In this document: piece after piece, positions 52,350-64,000 of the stretch
Numbering within the stretch: the first letter of the stretch is position 1
Layout: each line of letters opens with the position of its first letter
Assembly (NCBI RefSeq): GCF_018977255.1
Contig: NW_024704742.1
Location: 43,712,001-43,776,000 of the forward strand
Reading direction: 5' to 3'
DNA from: Callorhinchus milii
Taxonomy: Eukaryota
DNA length: 64,000 nucleotides
Made by a program: the position numbers and the translations under genes
Notes under the pieces: generated by a model
Told to the model about the DNA's origin: nothing
Databases searched by the model: none
Seen by the model: the letters and a program-made list of their open reading frames with translations, nothing else

Positions 52350-53620
52350 CTGTCAACCAGTCGCTCTCCTCAGGTTCTGTTCCTCTCCCCCTTAAAACCG
52401 CTGTCATCACTCCACTCCTCAAAAAAGACCCTCAAATTACTGACCCATTGCCAAAGCTCTGGAAGTCGAGCCCCAACAAGCTGGTTTCTGCCCTGGCCAC
52501 AGCACAGAACGGTCCTCTCTCTTTGACCAGGGCTACTTCTGCCTCCTCGTCCTTTTGAACCTCTCCGCCGTGTTAGACCACAATATACTTATCCACCGAC
52601 TCTCCTGCCTCATCAACCCCAGTGGGACAGCACTCGTCTGGTTTGAATCCTACCTAACAAACGCCTCCATTTTATCTCCTGAAACAGTTTCTCCTCCCGC
52701 CCCCACCATGTCACCTGTGGTGTACCCCAGGGCTCCATCCTTGGCCCCATCCTCTTCCTCATCTATATGCTCCCTCTTGGCGATGTCACACGCAAACATG
52801 GGATAAACTTTCATATAATAATAATCCTTGGATTTGATATAGCGCTTTTCACGCCTTCTAGATGTCTCAAAGTGCTTCACAGAATATACTGTAAAGTGAA
52901 TTGACTGTATTTTTTATGGGCAAAACATAGCAGCCAATTGTGCTCAGCAGTGTCCCACAAACAGTTGTGGATTGAAGGGACCAAATTATTATTTTTTTTC
53001 TTGAGGGATTATTATCAGGCTTATCATATGTATGCGGATGACACACAAATCTACTGCTCCTCCTCCGCTGTGATTCCAGGTTCGCCAATGTTCTCTCAGT
53101 TTATCTGGCAGATATCGGGGCCTGGATGAGCAAAAAGGTCCTACAACTAAATTTTGACAAGACGGAAACCGTACTCATTGGCTCCCGTTAACACCTTCTA
53201 TCCTGCGGCTCTGACCTTCTCAACCCCCCTGGCCTATCCCTCAGACTTTCCAAACCAGTGCACAACCTAGGTGTCAGGTTCGATCCACAGCTATGCTTCC
53301 TTACCCACATCCATTCCCTGACTACAACCATCTTCCTCTACCTCCGCCACATTGCCCGACACGATCTTGTCCTCCGTTCCACCATTATACCACTATGCCC
53401 CGAAACTCTGGAAGCCCCGAAACGTGCAGAAGGCCGGAGCCAGTCCTCTATCCCTCCATCTTGCCCCTTCCTTACCCATCTTCAGGTTGCGCCTGAAGAT
53501 CTTCCTATTCGACCGTGCCTTCAGTCACCTCCTTCCCCACCCGCTCGGCATTGTGCTCTGCCACTATCAAGCACACTGGGACGTTACCGTGCGTGAGGGG
53601 CGCTGTATAAATGCACTATT
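52350..53620 (+). mobile_element. Degenerate L2 LINE interrupted by a SINE
   Basis: [47 protein letters not shown]2 tail. Confidence 0.92.
52817..53023 (-). mobile_element. Truncated Deu-SINE inserted in L2
   Basis: Flanked by a tcatat direct repeat (52811-52816 and 53024-53029). Confidence 0.88.
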
Positions 53621-55261
53621 CATTTCCCTCAGACCTGAAAATCTTTTTTTTAAATCAACTAATGTAGCCACTGGTTGTGTTTAATACAGATTTGGTATTT
53701 TGTCTGATGATCAACCAAGTTGCAAAGATCACCAGTAAATCTGTTACTTCCAGCCAGCTCCTAAAGATTGTCTTTAAACTAAGATGCAATTAGGAACTAC
53801 TGTAGTGGAAAGAGTAGGGACTCAGGAGAATAGGCATTATCATAAAACCGTAATCTGCCATAGTCAAAGATGAGCTCTTTTCAGAGTGATTATTGTATTT
53901 GGTACACGGTTTTCAAACAGTTCCACAGAAATTCAAGGATTCTATTTTCCTATCCCCACCATATTAGGTTTGCTCCTTCTTGGCAATTTAATTTTAACAT
54001 TTAGTTAAGTTTAATACTTGAATTCAGTAGTCGAAGCTAATGATATTTTTGCTGAAAATTACATATGCTACAAATTGTTTTATTCCCCTGGTGATTCCGA
54101 AAATTATGAATTTCTACAACTAAGTTAATGTCTCTTAATAATAATCCTTGCCTTTGATATAGTGCCTTATCACGTCATCAAGATATCTCAAAGCACTTCA
54201 CAGGTTATAGTGTAAAATAGTGTGTCTGTGTATATTTGGAGGGAAAACACAGCATAGTGTTGCAAATGGGGTCTTTAACGTCCACCTGGACAGGCACATG
54301 AAATCTCAGTTTAATGTCTCAACAGAAGGTCAGCATTTCTGGCAATGCAGCCTCATTACTGCACAAATTCAATGGTTACTAGTAGAGCAATTGGGTCCCA
54401 GGATGTTCATTTGTCACTTAGCATGTCAAAGTTGTGTAAGACCACAAAAACGACACCAAATGCAGGGTTGTATTGCTGAATCAGTTGAATTCAAATCCCC
54501 AAACGTCGTCAAGCTGTAGCGTGCTCTAGTTAGGTCACACGTGAAGTACTACCTCTCGTTCTGTTTGCACCAATGTAAAGGAGCAGGCCACGCAGAAGTG
54601 AGCAACGAGAGACTCTTTAGAGGGAGCTCTGACGAATTACTTCCCATCTAACGGCTTCTGCTGCTGCCCCTGAGGAATTTCTCTGGGCTCTATTCTTTCA
54701 CCTTTTCACCATCTATTTGCTCCCACTAAGTGACATCAGCCTCAGACTCGAGGTTTACTTCCACATGTATGTGGATGACATCCACTCTATCTTCCCACCT
54801 TTTCCCTAGAATATCCAGAACCCTGCAGTCTAGATCCTCAACCGCACCAGGCTCCACACACCTCCATCCTTGCTTGTCTTCACTGGCTCGCTATCTTCCA
54901 GTCGTTTGAATTCAAGGTGTAAGATGCTTAACGGGATATAGAAAGTATGCTTTCAGATGCACTGTGACAAGAAGACATGAGCATACAGATTCAAGGTTGT
55001 GAAGAGCAAGTTTATAAGAAATTCCTGGAGGTATTTCTTTAGTACATACCTAACATAATCAACAGCTGCCACATATGGAGAAGTCAGGACATTTAAAACA
55101 CAGCTTGATGCTGCATGGAAAAGGTGGTAGGGTTGGTTACAAGAAGAATGAAATTGAATGTGTCAAGGGGCTTCCTCCAAGTTTATCTTGTGATGTGCAT
55201 ATAATACCCTTGTTCAGAATTACCAGTTTCAGTCTAGAACAATTTAATTTAAAAAATCAGT

Positions 55262-55510
55262 GCTAGCAGTCAGTGGGAACCCCATTGTTAGTCGATTGGT
55301 GGATTGCTTTTCTGGGGGTAATCATTCCTTCAAAATAATTGATATTAATTTGGTTATTCAATCCACGACTGTTTGTGGGACACTGCTGTCCGCAATTTCG
55401 CCCACAACATATACAGTCAATTCACTTTACAGTCTATTCTGTGAAGCGATTTGAGACATCTCGAAGACGTGATAAGGTGCTATATCAAATGTAAGGATCA
55501 TCATTATTTA
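55262..55510 (+). mobile_element. Deu-SINE, insert-bearing subfamily, truncated
   Basis: ttgttagtcgattgg insert, core and tail. Confidence 0.8.
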
Positions 55511-57249
55511 ATACAGCACCTTTCATGTTGGGAGTACTGTACATCTCAAAGCACCTCACCTGATTTTTGATGTAAAGTGTGGCGACTGCGTATTTTTGTA
55601 GGAGAATGCCTACAATTTATCTTTGTTAAGAAATCCAGAATGCTTTAGAATCTGCATATTCAGAACAATGAATCTGCTTTTTTTAAGCCTTTAGTCTGCT
55701 TTCAAGTGCTAAACTGATTCATGTAAAAATATAGGTTTTTCTTAAGATGTAAATGCCCATTTTTAAAAATAATTAGTTTTACTTTCTGTTAGAAATCATG
55801 CAAGCTTCTCAGCTGTTATCCAAGCTGTTCAGCTCTATAATTAGAGTAGCATCAATAACCTATTTTGCAACACTGCAGTGATAAGAGTTTCTTATCCTTC
55901 AATAGCGTGATGGCAGATGGATTATATTGTAGATTAAGGTAATACACATTTAAACAGGAAAAGAAAATTTATAGAAATCAATGGCTGTTTGCTTACAAAG
56001 GTGGAAAAAAATTTGAGTGTAATGGACTGTTCATTGAAAATAGATTAAAATTGACTGGATACTATCACATGGTAAGTAAAGAACGAGCCTGTTCTCAAGG
56101 GCATTAGCTTATATGTCAAACATTAAAAGTCTGTAATGAAAAAAGGCCTTTTAGCTCATTGACTCAGTCCATTAACTCTCACCCCAGTACATTTTTCCAT
56201 CTAATTATACTGCAGAAACTCAACAGATTCCATTGCTTTTCTTGATGCATTACTCCAAATAGTCAGTGTTTCGACATTATTTTTGTGCCATTGTGACAAA
56301 AGTTGAACAATCTTCTAGATATGATCTGATTTCTGAATTTGTAAAATCGAACACAACCTCTGTATATATACTATTTCATTAGTTTTTTAAATCACTTCAC
56401 CACATTGGAGGTGGTCTGCCTACTGTTTGTTTGAGGTTCAGTTCACGTCTCCTTCCTTGAATTAAATTTTATTTGTTGTATACTTGTTTACTCATTTTTT
56501 TCTACCAATTGTATGCGGAATCCTTTACATTCATCAGTGTTAAATGAAATGTGCCCATGTCAGCCCAATTGCATTCTTTTCATAGCTAATCTGTGCACAA
56601 ACAGTAATGGGGTGAATGGACAAATGTACCCAGTTTTGGTGTTGAGGTCGGAGCATTTGTCAGCTTAATATGTTCATTATTTGAAAAATAGTGATGTGGG
56701 ATCTTTAATGACTCACCTGTACTACGTAAACAGGCTGAGATAACGTGTTCAAAGGATTTCTAGGATGTACTGCCCAATGCTTTACTCAGAGTGGGGGAAA
56801 GAGATAATATTTACCCACAGAGCCATCAAGGAAGTCCGATCCAAATTTTTAAAAATGAAGTATTCTCAACTAAAATGAAAATCGTTCAATTATTTATTGT
56901 ATCGATTTTATTGAATCTTTAATAAAAGGATTTGTTAAAATGGGTATAAGAAATAGGCTTTTACCAATTGTCATAGAGTCCATAACAAGGGGGAGCATAA
57001 ATATAAAATAACCACCAGCAGAGCTACGACAGTTTAGGATGAACATGGTTACACAGAGAGTGACGAGAATTTGAAACTCACTGCCAGAAGCTGTGGTTAG
57101 AAAGCTTCAACTACACCTTCTGTATTTATGAGAAACCTTGATACATACTTGAGGAATAAGGGAATATAGGGGTATGGGAGGGAGATAGGGAAGTGAGATT
57201 TGGATGGGTGGAAACCCGTGTCAGTATAACCAGTAGCACAAAATGATTA

Positions 57250-57582
57250 TAATAATAAAATAAATTTGAAAAAGCACCTTTCACATTAGGAGGACCTCTC
57301 AAAGTGCTTCACAGTAATGTGTAGTGACTGTATTGTTTAGGCAAACATGACAGACGTGCACTATCCCAATGTCCCATAAATGGCTGTTAAGTAAATGGCC
57401 AATTTTATTTGAGAGATTGTTGGCCAGGACACCAGGAGAAACTCCTTTTCGCGTTTCAAATAGTGTCGTGGATATTTTGTAATGTTCATCAGAACAGGCT
57501 GCGTTGAGGTGCCAGATCAACGGAGGCTGAACCCCCAGTCTTCTCACTCCGAGCCGAGTGCTACCAACTGAGCCGAGGTGAC
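57250..57582 (-). mobile_element. Older tRNA-headed Deu-SINE
   Basis: gagtgctaccaactgagcc (A box on minus strand), central block and tail. Confidence 0.7.
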
Positions 57583-58488
57583 GCAGTCAGGCTGATCAAC
57601 CTGCTTTGGTGCTATTTGGTCTTTGTAATTCTATGTAACGAGATGTAAACAGGTTATTTGAAATGAACAGTGATTATGGAACTGGAGGGATGACGCAGGC
57701 AAGTTAAATGAAAGTAAAGTAAATAATAGATTTTTTTTTCTTCTGTACAGGACAGCATGATGGCAAAATGTCCTTTCATCTCCGCAAATTGCTTCAATCT
57801 AACAGAGTCTGATGGGATGAAAGTCTCTCTTGTGGCTGTTCAAGGCCCTCTGTTTGAGTGGGTTTTGAAACCAGTTCAAAGTGGGTGGAAGTCCACAGTG
57901 TACAACTGCCAATTTGTGCTGAAATTAATGTAGCTAACCTTGCACTGAGAAGCCTTAAGGATGGCGTTGCGCTAAGTAGGAGCATAACAGATTTTTGCCA
58001 AGATGTGCAGCAAGCCCTCATCCAATTTGATTTGCTTTTGAAAGTGGCTATACTTTGAACTGAGCATCCAGATTGGCACATTTCAGGCACGTTTCTTCAT
58101 GTGTAAGAAGTGGCGTGTCGCCTCCGTTTAAAACTAAAATCAATTTTCATCACTCTTGCCAAGTAATTGTCTTGTTATATCCTTTGGGTTTATTTTGAGC
58201 ACTAGAACATGCTAAGAAGATTCTTTACCATGTCAGTCTGAAACTGCATACTTCACCTCAGGCATTTGTAGGACTTGAAACAAATGTGATGAGCCTTTGT
58301 TTCATCAGACTTTAATTTTCCTTCATTAGGTGTTGTTTATTGTAGAAATTCACACACTTCTCCATCAAAGCATTTTTTTTTACTGAAAATGGTTTGTGAG
58401 CGCTGCTGAAACAATTTAGCTTCTTATCTGCAAGATTATATTTAAGAGATGTTTATGAATTGATAGTTTTTTAACCCTTTTTTCCTAG

Positions 58489-58809
<321 letters not shown>

Positions 58810-60079
58810 TAATAAAATACTCTGAATCGTGAAATCGATAACTGATGTAATATAAGAGAGGAAAGAGCTTTTCCTTATACTTATTCCCTTAATTTTAGAC
58901 AATGAATGGCTTTGCTTTAAAAATACAACATTATCAGTCTTCCATCCATTTTTTCAGGTGAAATCATTCTTTTTATCATTGGCTTCTTTAATTTGTTGTA
59001 TTCTGTGAAACTTAGATGTTGGACAGTAAACTTGTTTTGATTTAGTTTCACAGTGTCAGATATTCACCGGAAGTTAAGATATATAATGTAATGGCCAGCC
59101 AAAATCATAATAGATGAATAGGCAATATGGATGATCTACGTTGCCCCCCAGGAGTCCCCTTGATTGATAGTACAGAGGCTTGATTACTTAGTATTACCAC
59201 ATGAATCATTTATTATTTCTGATATTTGAGTAGTCAAGATTATTGTTTAATTTTTAAAACAATTAAGATGTAATGGAAATTCTTAATCCAGCAAACCACA
59301 CACAATATATCATCAGCTAGAATAAACTGAAACTTTATTTTTTAAAAGGAAAGCATCTTGCTCTTTCTTCTCCAAGCCATAAACTAACTTTGGCCAAGGT
59401 TGCAATTTGTTCCATACAGTTAGTTCTGAGCAAGCTACTGTGGAGAGAACTTTATCTGAGTTTCTTTCTCTCTGTGAGGGAACATTTAGCCTGTGAGGTA
59501 ACATTGATAACTGCACAATCTCATGTGTGACAGAAGTTTGGTCCACTCCTCTGTGACGATACATTGTTATCTCTTAAATGTGGAATCTTATAAATTTTTA
59601 ACTTTATTGTTTTGTTGGTCATTTCGATGGTTACTTTAATCTGTGTTCTAGAGCCGTTTTCCTTGTAATCAATCTCTGCTTACCATAGTATTCCAATGTA
59701 TTTGTTCCCTTGTGTCTAATTTGCAGAGAGATTGCTGTGGTCCTTTTTATATTAAAAAAAACAAACTATCTAGGATTTCTTTGTGCTCACAGTAAAAAGA
59801 AAATTCTTAGATAATTGTAATAAATGTAAGTATGTGGGAATTATGGTATGAATTTGTTTGAACATTAGCTTGAATTTAAGATCACCATTTTCCAAGTGGT
59901 CTTTCAAGATCTTCTAAAAAAAACTTAACAAACATTCAAATAACAATGTGAAAAATTTAAATTAACATTTGATCATCATCATAATTGCCTTGACGGGGTT
60001 GTACTCAAAATGTTTAAATTAGCTACTTGACTTAATATTAACTCCAGTCCTATTCGCTCAGCTGCTTCCACCACAAGAC

Positions 60080-60420
60080 TTTCCTGCTTGGCTCCCATCA
60101 GTGCCTTCTCATCTTAGGCGAAGACCACATTGACTTGCATGGATGCTCACTCCACATCACAGAGCAGGTGCAGAACCTCACTCAATGTCTGTGTGACCAC
60201 CAATTTCAAACCCCATGTCCAGGCTCTCACCCGCTCTGCCTTCCCTTACTTCCACAACATCATCCAACTCTGTCACTATCTCTTTATGCCCCCCACCCAC
60301 CTCCACCCCCTCGGGTTAGCGAGACCAAGCATTTATGTGCAGGTTAGATTATTCCAGGCTGTTGTCTCCTGCAGCAGACTCCACAAACCCATTACTCCAT
60401 CTTTGTTCAGCTTCAGTGGC
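60080..60420 (+). mobile_element. Old L2 relic
   Basis: NFKPHVQALTRSAFPYFHNIIQL and RLDYS motifs. Confidence 0.65.
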
Positions 60421-60635
60421 TCATCAATTTTCTGACGAGTGTTTGTTCACCTTAAGGGAATATATTGGGGGTTCCAAATTTATTTTTAGTATCATACAAA
60501 GTTGTATGCAGAAATATTACAAGATCCTTTGACAAAAACTCAAAAGGTTCAGAGGCTTTCTTCTATATATTTCCAGTATTCCATAATTGTACCTTGAAAT
60601 GATTTTGTGAGGAGCCCCATCAGAATCGTTCTTAA

Positions 60636-60884
<249 letters not shown>

Positions 60885-62902
60885 TGATCTTTTTGACAAA
60901 ACATACAGTTTGAGAATTCCTGATCACTTCAGTGGTTAATCTGTGAAGTTTATATGGAAGCAATTGGGCTGCTTTCAGAATGAAGGGACAACTTTTGAAA
61001 GTTCTTCTATTATCAATAATGTATAATATAGATCTTGAAGTAGAACCGTGAATTATTTCTGTTTTTCCTGGTTTGTGTTTCAGAAATTCTATTTTCTATT
61101 GTTTTTGGACAGAGTCTCAAGATCTGTTTGCCCTATGCAATACAGAAGCTGCTCCTCCCCCACATACTCTACCTTCACAAAGCTGTAACCCAAGGGCTTA
61201 ACAGTTAATCTAGATGCAGTGGTTACTGAGTTTGTTTATAAAGCAGCTTAGTTATCATTGCTTATAATAGCAGCTTAGCATGGCACCACATGGCCAAAGT
61301 CTCTTGATGCAGTAGATATCAAAACCTGGATTATTGTTTTACAGCCTAAAGTAATTTGTCTCTATTTACAATCAAATCAAAAGTATGAAACCACATTTCC
61401 AGCAGTTACTCAGCACAAGATCCTGTATGCACTATAAAACACTGAAAAAGTCTGTGCTGGGCAAATCATCTTTTAGTAAGAATATCTCTTCATTTAACAA
61501 TCTTAGTCCACCAAAGAACAGTTTTTTCTTTAACTGATAAGATAAGGTGACCACTTTTTTGCTGTCCTGCTGGAATTTTACCCCTTTCCTGGAGAAACCA
61601 TTCTCATTCTGTCCAGTCAACAGCTTCTGAAAAAAAACTAAGCTGAACCCCTTAGGCACAAAATCAGTTCCCACTAGATGCTCCTAGACATAAGAAGAAA
61701 GAGAGAATTTGCATTTTGATTGCATTTTATATGTCGAAAGTCTCGAAGTGCTTTAGAGTAATTACTGTTGAATACAATTACTGTTTTTTTTAAGGTAAGC
61801 GCAAAGGCCTGTTTGCACATAAAAGGGTCCCACAAACAGCCAGGAGGTGAATGACTAAATAATTGGCAGTATTGTTGACTAGAATTGCAGGAGACACTTT
61901 CTTTTCCTGTTGAATAGCATCATAGGATTTTTAACGCCCATTTGAAGTCAGGCAGACAGGATCTTAGTTTAATGTCTCATTTCTTGGGCATAAAGGTTTC
62001 CCAGCAGATCAAAAATACAGTACTTGTGCTTCATTCTTCACACACACATTGCACATTTAGAATAAAGGTTTAATTTGAGCATTCAACCTTTGGGAATTTC
62101 CTGATGTCAGCACCATAAGATATAAACAAGAATTCCTGACAAGTGATTATTTTGGGAAGGATTTATTAGTGCTAAAACTGTAAAAAAAAATTATGCCATT
62201 AAAAGCCTGTCAACTTAATCTTAATATGGCTAAATTGATGTAACCACCCAAGATGGGGTCTCAGTCAGTTTTCAAGAAAGAAAATGATGCAAGGCAGATG
62301 TGATGGGCTGGTTATTGCACAGTTGTGAATGACCTTTGCAGTATAGAGGCTGAAGCAGCTGGTTAGATGGTGCACTGGATTTAATCCAATAAGACTTCAT
62401 AAATGACTTAATACCATGATGAATGAGGCCAATAGTTTTTTTTAAAAAAAAAGTCAGTTCTTTTTATCAGTTTTCTGCAGACATTTTTGAAGAACAGATG
62501 CAGTGGGGCCCGTTACAACGTGTTGGGATCCATCAAATTCCAACCTCATGCTATAGCTGGTCTCACTGCGTATGCTGTCTGGGTCACAAGCCAGTTCCTG
62601 CGTATTGGCCAGTTCCTGTACTAAAAGAAAAATGGCCACCTTCCAGTCATCATGATAAATGTCTATGTCACTTGCTGTGCTGAACATGCACAAACCAGGA
62701 AGTGATGTCAGCGATGATCTGATTTTTAGATCTTAAAAAGAACGAAATTGTCCTGACTTCCAAGTCATTGGATTATCATCAACATAATTTCCTGCTTTGC
62801 ACATACGCGCACATTAGGGTTCACATCACAGGATCATAGAATCTTAACAACAACAACAAATTACATTTGTATAGCGACCTTCACGTCAGGAGGATGTCCC
62901 AG

Positions 62903-63450
62903 AATAGCACAGAAAGAGGCCATTCGGTCCATCGTGCCTGTGTGCCGGCTCTTTGAAAGAGTTAGGCAACTAGTCCCACTCCCCCACTCTTACACCATAG
63001 CTCTCAGCCTTTCCTTTTTAAGTACCTATCTATTCCCTTTTGAAAGCTATTATCGAATCTGCTCCACCACCCATTCAGGCAGTGAATTCCAGACGGTGAC
63101 AACTCTGGGTAAAACAATTTCTCCACATCTCCCCTCTGGGTTCTTTTGCCAGTTATTTTAAATCTATGTCCCCTGGTTACCGACCCACCACCAGAGGAAA
63201 CTGTTTCTCCCTGTCTACTCTATCAAAACCCCTCATAATTTTGAACACCTCTATTAAATTGCCCCCTCAACCTCTGCTCTTAGGAGAATAATCCCATCTT
63301 CTCTAGTCTCTCCACACAATTTACGTCCCTCACCCCTGGTATAATTTTTGTAAATTTCCTCCGTACCCTTTCCAAGGCCCTGACATCCTTCCTAAAGTGT
63401 GCTGCCCAGAATTGGACACAGTACTCCAGCTATGTCCTAACCAGTGATTA
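62903..63450 (-). mobile_element. CR1-clade LINE 3' end, with an L2 tail adjacent at 62846-62900
   Basis: Minus strand SLVRT*LEYCVQFWAAHFRKDVRALERVRRKFTKIIPG; agcacagaaagaggccattcggtccatc terminus. Confidence 0.88.
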
Positions 63451-63746
63451 TAACTGAATTTGCACTATAAAAAAGCGAGGCTGCATCATTATCAATATAT
63501 TCAATTAAATTGAGGCTTTTTTTCTGGTTTGAAATGCTTGGAGCAGTGATGCTTAATATTGTGTGATCAACATTACCACTATGTAGGGCTGTAGTTTTTC
63601 AGGGGGAAATGAAATATAATCTCTTACCATGTCATTGCTAATCCTGTAGAACTGCGAAGACCTTTGGACTAAGAAACACGAAAAACAACACCTAAAGCAA
63701 TTATTCCTTGTATATGTATCTGACAGATTTTTTTCTCCCTGAATAG

Positions 63747-63944
<198 letters not shown>

Positions 63945-64000
63945 TAAAGTATGACTACATGTAAACATTGAGTTATTTTGAAGTAATCTGTGATCTTTTA

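Overview
Vertebrate genomic DNA, most likely from a cartilaginous fish (inferred from abundant Deu-domain tRNA-derived SINEs and L2/CR1 LINE relics). Two divergent spliced genes are present, mostly invisible in the ORF track. SEPSECS (O-phosphoseryl-tRNA(Sec) selenium transferase) lies on the minus strand with all 11 coding exons (42617 to 9795). PI4K2B (type II PI 4-kinase beta) lies on the plus strand with its first 4 coding exons (50581 to 63900), starting in a CpG island and running off the window. I recall the same neighbouring pair in human. The main anomaly is SEPSECS coding exon 1: it is 113 nt rather than 114, giving an in-frame TCT-TGA at codons 30-31, while the conserved LIRLLIEK continues in the -1 frame. 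An assembly indel is the likeliest cause, but a UGA in the enzyme that makes the UGA-decoding Sec-tRNA merits checking. Other points: five tandem PBX-PREP/Sp1 units in the PI4K2B promoter, an out-of-frame upstream ATG opening a 199-codon spliced overlapping ORF, PI4K2A-like features in PI4K2B exon 1, a GC splice donor, several palindromes and inverted repeats, and an unidentified repeat family. No new biological system is demonstrated by the sequence alone. Comparisons with human proteins are from memory; repeat boundaries are approximate.
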